This document shows, one piece after another, positions 37,251 to 46,268 of a stretch of 52,068 nt of DNA. A program made the position numbers and the translations under genes. The notes beneath the pieces are model-generated. The model saw nothing but the letters and a program-made list of their open reading frames with translations. It did not search any database and had not been told where the DNA came from. The DNA comes from an uncultured Clostridia bacterium. GTDB lineage: Bacteria > Bacillota > Clostridia > Christensenellales > UBA1242. How positions within the stretch are numbered: position 1 is the stretch's first letter; the number at the start of each line of letters is the position of its first letter. Location: assembly GCA_947623775.1 (NCBI GenBank), contig CANQHL010000002.1:1-52068 (forward strand), in the 5' to 3' direction.

Positions 37251-39224
37251 TCATAAAACCTGCTCATCCTTGTCTGATTGATTGTTCTGGACATATCCGA
37301 GTTCATTGTCTGGATAATTTTCAGGATGGTCAATTTTATCTAGATAAATTATTTTTTCATCATCAGTTGCCCACAATGAATCAAATGTTGCAAGCAATTC
37401 GGCACCAAGATACCTCTTGATAAACAATCTGACTTGTTTAACCTCGGTCATATCAGCCACTCTAAGTGAGAGCATTAAGGCATATTTTGCATTTGTGTTG
37501 GTTGGAATATCTGATGATGAAACATCATTGTTCATAATATCGTCAATTGTTATAAGTGGCATCTTTGCAAATGAAATGAATGATTTTGCATTTTCTTTTC
37601 CTATTTTATTTGAAATCAATGCTTCTCTTATAACTCCATTGTTATCATAGATGATGTTGGAAAGTTGTTCCCAGCCACGAGGGTCAATTGCAAATTCAGA
37701 CTTTTCTTTATCATATTTTGTATAGAAAACTTTATCTGAATAAGCCGCTACAAATGATGCTACAAGTGGGTGAATTCTTGGTTTTCCGTCAACAACTACA
37801 CTTCCCCATTCGAGCCAATCTTGTAAGTCAAGAGGTAGTTCAATGTGTGCGTTGAATCTTCTGAACAATGGCTCAGGCATAGGTGATGCAACGTCAGATT
37901 CTTTTGTGCTGTTTCCTGCGGCAATAACAACGCAGTTGTCAGGCAATTTGCCATAATTTCCATCTATGGAACGTTCAAGAACAATATGGTATACCAAACT
38001 TTGTTCATATTGACGAACATTGGTTATTTCATCAATAAACAAAACATGATTTCTTTCAGGGTCGTTTGCACAAACTTCCTTTATTCTTCTGTACCAAGTA
38101 GGCTCTATCCAAGAACTTTCCTTTGTTTGTTCGTTATAAGCGGTTTTACCGATAACCTCTTCTGGCAAAATGCCATCACGAAGTTGAATCATAACGCAAT
38201 CTGGGTCTATATCTTTTACACGTCTGCTTTTACCGACACCGCTTCTTCCGTGAAGCATAATGCTTAATTTGTTGTCAATATAAAATCTCAATTGTTCATC
38301 AATTGTCATAGGTCCGTCTTGAACGGAAACTTGAAATTTGTTTCTGTTTTTGGTTGGTGTTCTGCTGCTGTCAACTGAAATGTCAAAGAAGCCGTTTCCG
38401 GCATATTCACCATATCCATTCAAGAAATTTCTTGTTTGAGACAATGAATAATCATTTCCATTTACAGGCAATCCGGTAATTATACCTTCTGCAGGCGTAA
38501 TGTCTATTGGTGTTTTATCAGGAATGCTTGCATATCCTCTTGTGTTGAGGTGATCAAGCGTTTCATTATCGCAATTTATACGCCAAGTGATTGGCTCAAC
38601 TTCAAACCAATAACTCCTATCTTCAACCGCACTTCCGTCCGAAAATCTTGCTACATCGGTGGCTTTTGCTTTTATTTTAACAAATCGTCTTATTCTCCCG
38701 TCCACTTCACCCTCATATTCTTCACAATAAGCAGGGCCCTGTGCATCATCAAAAGTATAAGGATATTTCCTTCCTGTTTTGGTCAATTCGGAATTTGCCA
38801 ACATGGAATCCAACTTGAAAGTGTCGTGATAAATAGATTGTGGCCATACCCAATTTCTGTATATAAGTGTTCTCTCTTGTTTTGAAACTTGATATGGTCC
38901 AAATGGGTAAGCGTTTGAAAATGCAGATGCTTTTAACACAATATGTGGATGTGTGATGTTTGCTACACTTCCACTATTTCCCATTTTTTTCACATCTCGT
39001 ACATTTATTTCAGCAGTCTTTTTTCGGTCAACGGCCGCTCCACATGCAAGAGCAAAATCGGACACAACAATTTCTGGACTGAGGTTTCTTTTTGCAAGAG
39101 AGTCTGTGGTGTCAATAAACGCCTTATCTCTCATTTTTCCGTCACGTCCTTTGTTTTGCGAATTGTCAATTCCAGGTAAGAGTGCACTGTAAATATACTT
39201 ATTTATTTCAACATTATTGCTCAT
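37251..39224 (-). CDS. AAA+ ATPase (MoxR/AAA_5-like core) with ~300-aa N-terminal and ~150-aa C-terminal domains of unknown function
   Basis: Walker A LHGRSGVGKS, Walker B HVLFIDEITN, sensor-1 IAAGNS, PEPLFRRF (equivalent to the MoxR LDRF arginine region). N-terminal domain includes YWFEVEPITWRIN. Confidence 0.85.
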   Translation of the reverse strand: MSNNVEINKYIYSALLPGIDNSQNKGRDGKMRDKAFIDTTDSLAKRNLSPEIVVSDFALACGAAVDRKKTAEINVRDVKKMGNSGSVANITHPHIVLKASAFSNAYPFGPYQVSKQERTLIYRNWVWPQSIYHDTFKLDSMLANSELTKTGRKYPYTFDDAQGPAYCEEYEGEVDGRIRRFVKIKAKATDVARFSDGSAVEDRSYWFEVEPITWRINCDNETLDHLNTRGYASIPDKTPIDITPAEGIITGLPVNGNDYSLSQTRNFLNGYGEYAGNGFFDISVDSSRTPTKNRNKFQVSVQDGPMTIDEQLRFYIDNKLSIMLHGRSGVGKSRRVKDIDPDCVMIQLRDGILPEEVIGKTAYNEQTKESSWIEPTWYRRIKEVCANDPERNHVLFIDEITNVRQYEQSLVYHIVLERSIDGNYGKLPDNCVVIAAGNSTKESDVASPMPEPLFRRFNAHIELPLDLQDWLEWGSVVVDGKPRIHPLVASFVAAYSDKVFYTKYDKEKSEFAIDPRGWEQLSNIIYDNNGVIREALISNKIGKENAKSFISFAKMPLITIDDIMNNDVSSSDIPTNTNAKYALMLSLRVADMTEVKQVRLFIKRYLGAELLATFDSLWATDDEKIIYLDKIDHPENYPDNELGYVQNNQSDKDEQVL

Positions 39225-39247
39225 TTTTCCCGTCCTTTTATATTTTT

Positions 39248-39276
39248 ATTATATCATAATAGTCAAATTGCGTCAA
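39248..39276 (-). promoter_or_regulatory. Promoter of the AAA+ ATPase gene
   Basis: Minus-strand TTGACG (39276-39271), 17 nt, TATAAT (39253-39248). Confidence 0.65.
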
Positions 39277-39362
39277 GATTGTTTTTGCAATTTATTAATG
39301 TAGACAATCTTTCTTCGACCAACTGCAAACGAACTTATGCAATTTAACAATAGTTTAACTTA

Positions 39363-40034
39363 TCATTCAATATCCAAATAATCTCCGTCACCATAATCCT
39401 GTGGCAAATCTTCTTCGCCTTGCGATTTAACCGCCGAACCATCTTTGCCTTTGCTTAGCATATCAAACTTATAAACCAATGGTCTTTCATTTCTGAATTC
39501 CGGTGCAATCGAACACTCACTTTCAATTTTTTCGGCATTTGCAACATAAGGCTTTACTTTTTCAATACGCTTGTTGACAACATTTAATTTTTGGCATGTA
39601 TCCTCAAACAATTTTTCAAGTGCCTGCAACTGCTCCACTGAAATATCAACAAAAAATTTGTCTATTGCCAAATGCACCATTTCATCATTTGGCACGTCTT
39701 CCACGTTTTTATATTTTGTTTTTAAGTGGTCGTTTGCCTGCACAAGCATATCTCTGAGAAAGGGCAAAGACGCACCCTCGCTGTTTTTGCTTGAATTTAA
39801 TGTTTTTCTTTGCACAACAAATGGAAATTTAACAACTTGTGTTAACACTCTTTTTTCAGCCATCAACCTTGTAAGCAATGTTTTTGGATTGTTTTTCTCA
39901 AAACCCTTTACATTTTCATAAAAGTGTGCAGTGGTGATTTCTTCATAATCATGTCCATAAAGCGTTCTGAATTGTTCCGCTTCCTCTTTTGTTTTAAACA
40001 TTTTATCATGTCCTGAAACACCGTAAATTTTCAT
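39363..40034 (-). CDS. Soluble protein B3 (223 aa), C-terminal tail ...GDGDYLDIE
   Basis: GGAGG RBS. No signal peptide. N-terminus MKIYGVSGHDKMFKTKEEAEQFR resembles that of 41288-41893. Ends in the shared Y-[LI]-[DE]-[LI]-E tail (stop TGA). Confidence 0.8.
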   Translation of the reverse strand: MKIYGVSGHDKMFKTKEEAEQFRTLYGHDYEEITTAHFYENVKGFEKNNPKTLLTRLMAEKRVLTQVVKFPFVVQRKTLNSSKNSEGASLPFLRDMLVQANDHLKTKYKNVEDVPNDEMVHLAIDKFFVDISVEQLQALEKLFEDTCQKLNVVNKRIEKVKPYVANAEKIESECSIAPEFRNERPLVYKFDMLSKGKDGSAVKSQGEEDLPQDYGDGDYLDIE

Positions 40035-40047
40035 CTTTCCTCCGCTT

Positions 40048-40710
40048 TTACTCTAAGTCCAAATATCCAGCAAAGTCCTTTGCCTCCGGTGGCATGATGT
40101 CACTGTAATCAATATTATCCAAAACTTTATAATAATGATGAAATTCTCTTTCAACAATTTCATTTAAATCAAATGTGCTGTTTCTATCTATATAATATTT
40201 TTTTATGCTTGCAATTTTTTCATTTATACTGTTTATCATTTTGCAAGATTTCACATAGGCTTTTTTTAAATGTTCAACATCTTCTTTTGAAAATGCAACG
40301 CTGCGTCCATATATTCCCGGATAATAAATCAAGCCGTCCCATCTCAAACCTTTTTCGCTTTTTTCAATTTTGTCCATTGCGAAAATCAAAAATTCATGAA
40401 GTTCGTTAAGCATCGAAATTCTTATCGAGGTGTCAAGTTTGTCTCTTAAAACAGAACTTTCCACAAAATAACAACATTTGGTGTAAAGTTTTTGTTTTGC
40501 ATAAATTAATTGCCTTAAACTTTCTGCCGGTTTTGCCATGTAAACCTCTTTTGTGTCAGAAAAATCAGGGACGTCTACAACAACATCATCTTCCTTTCCA
40601 CTAATCAATTTCCACTCTTCCGCATCTTGATATTTTTCAAAAATCAATGGCATGAGGGATAAATTTCCGCTTTGTTCTCTTCTTGCAATTCCATATTTTG
40701 TGGTTTTCAT
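40048..40710 (-). CDS. Soluble protein B2 (220 aa), C-terminal tail ...FAGYLDLE
   Basis: AAGGAGA RBS, 13-nt gap to the next gene. Ends in the shared tail. Confidence 0.8.
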   Translation of the reverse strand: MKTTKYGIARREQSGNLSLMPLIFEKYQDAEEWKLISGKEDDVVVDVPDFSDTKEVYMAKPAESLRQLIYAKQKLYTKCCYFVESSVLRDKLDTSIRISMLNELHEFLIFAMDKIEKSEKGLRWDGLIYYPGIYGRSVAFSKEDVEHLKKAYVKSCKMINSINEKIASIKKYYIDRNSTFDLNEIVEREFHHYYKVLDNIDYSDIMPPEAKDFAGYLDLE

Positions 40711-40741
40711 TTTATCTCCTTAAATTATGGTGATAATATTT

Positions 40742-41275
40742 TTATGCTTTTTGTATCTCCTGTTCTTCCTTTGTCTTTTGGCGTGAACGAGTTTCTCTCC
40801 ATGCTTTAACATCATCAACACCTGATGCAATCATATAGTTGAGTCCTCTCATCTTATCACTTGCAAAGCCTAAATCCATTACAAGCAGCTCAAGTGCCGC
40901 AGCAACTGAACTTGCAACCATGCCGCATTCCAACGCTACATGGCTGTTTAAGAATTTTTCCATTGCCTCATATTCTTTTAGGTTGTTTCCTTTGGCATAA
41001 TCAACAACAAAATCATTTGAATTTAAATAATCATCGGCGTCTGAGACATCATTGTAAGATATTTCTCCTCTATCCGCTTTATCCTTTAATTCCCGAACAT
41101 AATTTTTTTGATTGTCGTATACCTGCTGAAATTGCGTTGTCTCTTTCACCTGGTCTAAAGCACTTAAATAGTCTTTATTTTGTTGTGAGTACACATATAT
41201 TGTCGTTCCCAGTGCTGCTGGAACAATTGATGCAAGTACAAATCCACCTGCAATTTTCAATAAACCTTTAAACAT
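40742..41275 (-). CDS. Two-TM membrane protein M4 (most divergent member of the M family)
   Basis: N-terminus MFKGLLKIAGGFVLASIVPAALGTTIYVY, central RGEISYNDV motif, second hydrophobic segment ECGMVASSVAAALELLVMDLGF, charged tail. Confidence 0.8.
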   Translation of the reverse strand: MFKGLLKIAGGFVLASIVPAALGTTIYVYSQQNKDYLSALDQVKETTQFQQVYDNQKNYVRELKDKADRGEISYNDVSDADDYLNSNDFVVDYAKGNNLKEYEAMEKFLNSHVALECGMVASSVAAALELLVMDLGFASDKMRGLNYMIASGVDDVKAWRETRSRQKTKEEQEIQKA

Positions 41276-41287
41276 TTTCTACTCCAA

Positions 41288-41893
41288 TTATTCATTCTCG
41301 CTTTCTTCGACTGGCTCTTCTTTAATTCCATAACGCTCGTTTAATTGTTCAATCTTTTTATCAACTTCTTCAAGAGTTGCTTTCAATTCGTTATATTGTC
41401 TGAATGTGATTGTAGCATAAGGAGATATGCTGCTTGGTTGTTTATAATAAATTTTATCAACAATCACATCTTGTTCGTTAGCCACATCGAGTTGTTTGTT
41501 TTTTATGTTCTCATCTGATTTTTTAATTATTTCTTGCAAAAATTCATAACATACCCTATTGCATTTTAAAACCATTTTTTCATCACCTCTGCGGTTGTTA
41601 TTGAAAACAATGGCATGTTTTAGAGGTATTGAGCCTTTCAACTTCTTTAATTCATTGATATATTTGCAATTTTTCTCATATGGATGGTCCTTGAGAAGTT
41701 GCTCAATTGTATCATAAACTTTAATATTATCAGATTCTACATCTGGAACAATTTTGTATCTGTTCTCAGGCAATGTCAAATATTTGACTCCGCAAAACCT
41801 TGTTTCATCATATGGAGCATATTCCTCTCTGAACTTTTGTGCAACTTTAAATGTGCTGAACGCATAATCTTTTCCTGTTATTTTAAAAATCAT
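41288..41893 (-). CDS. Soluble protein B1 (201 aa), acidic tail ...EEPVEESENE (no YLDLE)
   Basis: GGAG RBS. N-terminus MIFKITGKDYAFSTFKVAQKFREEY is similar to B3. 12-nt gap to M4. Confidence 0.8.
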   Translation of the reverse strand: MIFKITGKDYAFSTFKVAQKFREEYAPYDETRFCGVKYLTLPENRYKIVPDVESDNIKVYDTIEQLLKDHPYEKNCKYINELKKLKGSIPLKHAIVFNNNRRGDEKMVLKCNRVCYEFLQEIIKKSDENIKNKQLDVANEQDVIVDKIYYKQPSSISPYATITFRQYNELKATLEEVDKKIEQLNERYGIKEEPVEESENE

Positions 41894-41926
41894 ATTTCCC
41901 CCTTTTTCTCCAAAATGGATTTTTTA

Positions 41927-42511
41927 TTAATCTGCTATTTCTTCGGTGTATTCATCAATTGCTCTTTCGCGAGCATCTTGCTGTTTTTTCTCTCGTTTTT
42001 CTGCTGCCAAACGTTTTGCTTCGTCTAAATCCCATTCGCCACTGACTATCAAGTTATCACCGAAGCCGCTACGCCAATTAACCAAAGCGCACACTGCCGC
42101 AAGTGCAAAAGTTGAACCAACTCCAATGGCTGCTTTTACAAGTTGGTCGCGGGTTTTCAATATTCCCTGAAAATTTTCATCATCACTATACATTTGCCTT
42201 GCAATATCTTTTGACAAATTTGATTTGTGAGCTTCACTGTTTATTTCCTTGCTCTGGTCGAAGTACTCACCGTTTGACAATTCGCCCTCTTCAAAAAGCG
42301 TGTCAAGTTGCTGATTTTCCTCAAGTATTCTCTCTTGAACCGCATCTTGAACAAGCTTTGATTCGCGATATTCAACTTCTCTGTTGTCGTTTCCAGCAAT
42401 ACCGAGCAAAACACCTATAAATGCCACTCCGGTGGCAAATGCGGCAGGCACTATACCATGCCCGACAACCAATTTTACTCCGCCTTTAACTTTTTTTAAT
42501 AACGCTTGCAT
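41927..42511 (-). CDS. Two-TM membrane protein M3
   Basis: MQALLKKVKGGVKLVVGHGIVPAAFATGVAFIGVLLGIAG, EEGELSNGEYF motif, second TM AAIGVGSTFALAAVCALV, tail ...IDEYTEEIAD. Confidence 0.8.
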   Translation of the reverse strand: MQALLKKVKGGVKLVVGHGIVPAAFATGVAFIGVLLGIAGNDNREVEYRESKLVQDAVQERILEENQQLDTLFEEGELSNGEYFDQSKEINSEAHKSNLSKDIARQMYSDDENFQGILKTRDQLVKAAIGVGSTFALAAVCALVNWRSGFGDNLIVSGEWDLDEAKRLAAEKREKKQQDARERAIDEYTEEIAD

Positions 42512-42533
42512 ATGCTCTCCTTCAGATAATATA

Positions 42534-42562
42534 ATTATATATTAAAAACCAGTGTTTGTCAA
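42534..42562 (-). promoter_or_regulatory. Internal promoter of the locus (drives M3-B1-M4-B2-B3)
   Basis: Minus-strand TTGACA (42562-42557), 17 nt, TATAAT (42539-42534). GGAG and ATG 42511 lie downstream. Confidence 0.7.
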
Positions 42563-42586
42563 TATTGCATAAAAATAAAATTTAGT

Positions 42587-42609
42587 AAAAAAAAACACCA
42601 TAATGGTGT
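42587..42609 (-). terminator. Intrinsic terminator after 42677-43228 (triloop type)
   Basis: ACACCA-tta-TGGTGT on the minus strand followed by T8-9. Same architecture (6-bp stem, T[AT]A triloop, A/T runs) as the hairpins in the intergenic repeat family. Confidence 0.6.
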
Positions 42610-42676
42610 TTTTGCTTGAAGAAATCGTGAACATAGTGACAAAATCAAAAAATAATTTGTACTCACTGATTTTTTA

Positions 42677-43228
42677 TTATTCAATCTCAGGTTGATTTTC
42701 TTGTTGTGCTTCTTGTGCGTTAAGCCATGAAGCTATCAGGCTGCTTTCCCGGTCACCATCTGTAACATATGAAAGACCATATTCGAAAGTTGATGGACTT
42801 ACATCAATTAAATTTGTGAACACTGACAAAGGAAATTCAATATTATTTGGCTTTACTATAACTTTCGCAGGTCGGCCATTTTCTTGAGAAACAAATTTTT
42901 TATTTGCCTCTTTATACTTTACGCACCCTAACATTTTCAATGCTGCGGACAATTGGCGTTGTTCTTTCTCGGTGAAATTAAGATCTTCACACTTCAAAAC
43001 CACAGTAAGAACTTTTTTGCAAAAATGCACTGCTTCTTCCATGGTTGTTTGGCTTGATTTTAAATTTACAGGTACAATTTCAGTCAGTGCGAGCAATGCT
43101 TCCGGAACATGGTGATAAACAAATGCCTCATGTGCGGCTCTTTCTTGACGGAGTCTTTTGATTGTTGCTTGTCCCTCAGGACTTTGCTCCCATTCCCTTC
43201 GCTTTTTATCATAAATATTTTCTTTCAT
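42677..43228 (-). CDS. Singleton soluble protein U1 (183 aa), tail ...QQENQPEIE
   Basis: GAGGTGA RBS. Has its own consensus promoter and terminator. No recognisable motif. Confidence 0.8.
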   Translation of the reverse strand: MKENIYDKKRREWEQSPEGQATIKRLRQERAAHEAFVYHHVPEALLALTEIVPVNLKSSQTTMEEAVHFCKKVLTVVLKCEDLNFTEKEQRQLSAALKMLGCVKYKEANKKFVSQENGRPAKVIVKPNNIEFPLSVFTNLIDVSPSTFEYGLSYVTDGDRESSLIASWLNAQEAQQENQPEIE

Positions 43229-43250
43229 ATTTCACCTCTTACTTATAAAT

Positions 43251-43279
43251 ATTATAATGTTATATTTATAAATTGTCAA
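43251..43279 (-). promoter_or_regulatory. Promoter of 42677-43228
   Basis: Minus-strand TTGACA (43279-43274), 17 nt, TATAAT (43256-43251). Confidence 0.7.
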
Positions 43280-43406
43280 TAAACAACTGAATTTATTTAT
43301 AATATTTCCTGCCAAATAAAATGGCGTGGAAATATTTGAAAAATTTGTAAGATTAAAAACCCAAATTTAGGCTGATGATTTTGCTATGTACATTTCTCGT
43401 AATTAT

Positions 43407-43970
43407 TTATCTCTCTATTTCCTCAGAATACTCTTCGTCTTGTTTTTTCTTGTCCTCTTCTTCTTTTAGCAGATATGAGGTGTCCATTGCGTCAAAAGCG
43501 ATGTCGGCAAATTTTTCTACGTAGCCCGTTAAAAAACCTAAGCCAAGATATGCCAAAGAACCAAAGCCAAGTGCAGATGTCACGATATGCCCCACCATAA
43601 GTTTATCATCTTTTTTTAAGAGAGCATTATATTCTTCATCTTCGGCAAAAACCTCGTCTGCTGTTTTTTTCACAAGTTCATCTCTGTCTTGATTTTCTAG
43701 GTCTTTTTTCATTCTTAAATACTCGCCATCCGTGATTTCGCCATTTGCAAGTTGGTCGTCAAGTTCCGTCATTTCATCGGAAAGTTTATCATCGACAATA
43801 TTTTGAACCACTTCATAATTATAATATTCACCTAAATCGCGTTGAGTGGTTGCGTGTGCACCCAACGTTGCAAAGCCGGCAATTACCCCAACCGGAGTAA
43901 GGGCCATCGGTAAAGTAACAGTTACGCCAAGAACAAGTCCGCCTTCAATCATTTTTATAATTGATTTCAT
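43407..43970 (-). CDS. Two-TM membrane protein M2
   Basis: MKSIIKMIEGGLVLGVTVTLPMALTPVGVIAGFATLGA, ANGEITDGEYL motif, second TM VTSALGFGSLAYLGLGFLTG, tail ...DEEYSEEIER. Confidence 0.8.
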   Translation of the reverse strand: MKSIIKMIEGGLVLGVTVTLPMALTPVGVIAGFATLGAHATTQRDLGEYYNYEVVQNIVDDKLSDEMTELDDQLANGEITDGEYLRMKKDLENQDRDELVKKTADEVFAEDEEYNALLKKDDKLMVGHIVTSALGFGSLAYLGLGFLTGYVEKFADIAFDAMDTSYLLKEEEDKKKQDEEYSEEIER

Positions 43971-43987
43971 TGTAACTCCTTTTAATG

Positions 43988-44491
43988 TTAAACTCTTATC
44001 ATATTTTCCGGCCGTATTTTGCCATCAATCAGCCGTTTTGGAGAAATTATTTTTTGTGCCAATGGAAGATAAGGTTGCATTATAATCACTCTCCCCTCAT
44101 TTTCCGTTTGTGAGGCGGTTTCTGTAAAATATTCTATATTTGCATTTACAAAAACTTTATCCCATACATCATTTATTTGATAAATTTGTTTAAGTTTTTT
44201 TATAAGTGCATCTTTCCTTGGCTCTATATCTGCTGAAACTTCCAGAGTGCCGACCTCATCAATCAAATCTCTGAGTTCTTCATGATTTAATTCATCAGCA
44301 AACAAATACACTTCCCTTTCTTTAAAATCATTTTCTGCCACTTTCTCTTCGCAAAGGATTTTTATTGTTGATTTCGGTATGTTTTCCAATTTGTAAATGT
44401 CGTCACTATCGGCAAAAATATATTTTTCTTTTTTCTCTTTCCCTTGAAAATAGATTATATTAAATTTGTAAACTTTGTCAAGTGTTAACAT
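43988..44491 (-). CDS. Family-A paralog A9 (167 aa), the only member lacking the YLDLE tail
   Basis: VYKFNIIYF, FADSDDIYKLENIPKST and ISPKRLIDGKIRP align with the other A members. Ends ...PENMIRV. Confidence 0.8.
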   Translation of the reverse strand: MLTLDKVYKFNIIYFQGKEKKEKYIFADSDDIYKLENIPKSTIKILCEEKVAENDFKEREVYLFADELNHEELRDLIDEVGTLEVSADIEPRKDALIKKLKQIYQINDVWDKVFVNANIEYFTETASQTENEGRVIIMQPYLPLAQKIISPKRLIDGKIRPENMIRV

Positions 44492-44514
44492 ATTTTTCTC
44501 CTGTTTTTTACTTG

Positions 44515-45132
44515 TTATTTAACCACTTCTTCAGAATAAGAATCCATCTTTTTTTGATACACTTTAATTTGATGCTCGGTCTGTTTTTGCTTTAACCTTT
44601 TTTCTTTTTCTTCCGCTTCCTCTTCTGCCAACTCTTGCCCTTGACGGCATGCTTTTACACCTGCATTATAAAGCGCATAACCAAGCCCTATTCCAAATGA
44701 TACCATTGTAAAAACTGTTAAGCCGCCACCAATTGTCATCAATGAAATTGCAGCCTTTTTTAATTGCTCGTCTTGTTTTAACATTCCGTTATACTCCTCA
44801 TCAGAGGCGAAAATTTCCGCTACGGTTTTTTGTTCAATTGCGTGCTTATGTAAATTATCATCAAGATTATGTTTTAATTTCTTATATTCGCTTTCTGTGA
44901 TTTCTCCATCGGCAAATTGTTTTTCAAGTTCTTCATTTTCTATTGTAAGAGTGTCTTGCACAATCTCCTGAACCTGCTCATTTTCATAAAATTGTGTATA
45001 TCTATCATCTCTTAATAGATAAGCGCCACCTGTGCCAAGCCCGGCACCTAATCCCATGCAACCCGCTATCATAACACCATACGATGCGGCAAACGCAAGT
45101 CCGCCTTTTATCCTTTTTAAAATTGATTTCAT
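44515..45132 (-). CDS. Two-TM membrane protein M1
   Basis: MKSILKRIKGGLAFAASYGVMIAGCMGLGAGLGTGGAYLL, ADGEITESEYK motif, second TM LMTIGGGLTVFTMVSFGIGLGYAL, tail ...MDSYSEEVVK. Confidence 0.8.
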   Translation of the reverse strand: MKSILKRIKGGLAFAASYGVMIAGCMGLGAGLGTGGAYLLRDDRYTQFYENEQVQEIVQDTLTIENEELEKQFADGEITESEYKKLKHNLDDNLHKHAIEQKTVAEIFASDEEYNGMLKQDEQLKKAAISLMTIGGGLTVFTMVSFGIGLGYALYNAGVKACRQGQELAEEEAEEKEKRLKQKQTEHQIKVYQKKMDSYSEEVVK

Positions 45133-45153
45133 TTTTGCTCCTATTCTTCAAAC

Positions 45154-45672
45154 TTATTCCAAATCTAGATATGCCCCATCATAATTGTTTGCTTTTTCTT
45201 CGGGCGGACAAATTTTTCCATCAATCAATTGTTGCGGCGAAATAACGGTCTGTGCAGAAGAGAAAAATGGCTGTATAATATTTATTCTGCCCGTGTAATC
45301 GGTGAAATAGTCAATGTTTTTATTTACAAAAACCTTGCACCATTTATCGTCGGCATGATATATACGCCTAAGATTTTGTTCTAATGCTTCTCTTTGAGGT
45401 TCTTTGTCTTTTGAAACGGTCAGGCTGCTTACTTCATTAATTAAATCTCTCAACCCCATTTTTGTCAACTCGTCGCCAACTAAATATGCCTTTACTTCCT
45501 CAAACTTTTCCCCATCTTGAGAACTTTTATCGCAAATTATCAGCGTTGTAGTTTTAGGAATACCATTCAACTGAAAAACATCGTCGCTATCGGAAAATAA
45601 AAATTTAGACTTCTTTTCCTCGCCCTCGTAATACACCACCTTAAATCGATAAATACTTCCAAATGTTGCCAT
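45154..45672 (-). CDS. Family-A paralog A8 (172 aa), tail ...YDGAYLDLE
   Basis: AAGGAGG RBS. IYRFKVVYY, FSDSDDVFQLNGIPKTT, ISPQQLIDGKICP. Confidence 0.8.
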   Translation of the reverse strand: MATFGSIYRFKVVYYEGEEKKSKFLFSDSDDVFQLNGIPKTTTLIICDKSSQDGEKFEEVKAYLVGDELTKMGLRDLINEVSSLTVSKDKEPQREALEQNLRRIYHADDKWCKVFVNKNIDYFTDYTGRINIIQPFFSSAQTVISPQQLIDGKICPPEEKANNYDGAYLDLE

Positions 45673-45714
45673 TTTTCCTCCTTATTAAGTTGATTTTTCT
45701 AACATTTTTTATTT

Positions 45715-46254
45715 CTATTCCAAATCTAAATATGGTCGGCTTTCATCTTCTTTCTCAAATGGTCGACTTTCGTCTGCTTTCTCAAGCGGGAATATTTTGC
45801 CGCATGCAATTTGTTTCGGAAAAATAATGGTCTCTTTGCCAAGCCATAACGGTGACAAAATTATTCTTCTAACAACCGGATCGCAGTAGTCCACACTTCT
45901 ATTTATATAAATTTTATTGCTTTCATCGGGATCACTGCAATATTTTTCAAGCACTTTTATCATTCTCTCCTTAAAATCATATAATTTATATGATACTTTC
46001 AATTGTTGCAACGTTTCAATTTCTTTTCTTGCCTCTTCTTTTGTCAATTCTTCGCCAACCATATAAGTGCTTTGCAATTCCCATTCTTTATCATGCCCGG
46101 CAGTTGAGCGACAATAGATTTTTGTTGTTGTTTCTGGCACGCCCTCCAACTTGTAAATATCATCACTATCGGAAAATACAATCTTTTTTCTTTCCGCCTT
46201 TCTTCCCGCATAATAATAAATCTCAAATTCGTAAATTTTATCGTTTACTATCAT
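45715..46254 (-). CDS. Family-A paralog A7 (179 aa), tail ...DESRPFEKEDESRPYLDLE
   Basis: AGGAG RBS. IYEFEIYYY, FSDSDDIYKLEGVPETT. 27-bp tandem duplication in the tail-coding region. Confidence 0.8.
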   Translation of the reverse strand: MIVNDKIYEFEIYYYAGRKAERKKIVFSDSDDIYKLEGVPETTTKIYCRSTAGHDKEWELQSTYMVGEELTKEEARKEIETLQQLKVSYKLYDFKERMIKVLEKYCSDPDESNKIYINRSVDYCDPVVRRIILSPLWLGKETIIFPKQIACGKIFPLEKADESRPFEKEDESRPYLDLE

Positions 46255-46268
46255 TTTTACTCCTATTT

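Noticed and set aside
37031-37420. 129-aa plus-strand ORF spanning the convergent terminator and the 3' end of the AAA+ gene
   Set aside because: It crosses a strong bidirectional terminator (37211-37245), overlaps the AAA+ coding end in antisense, and has no RBS.
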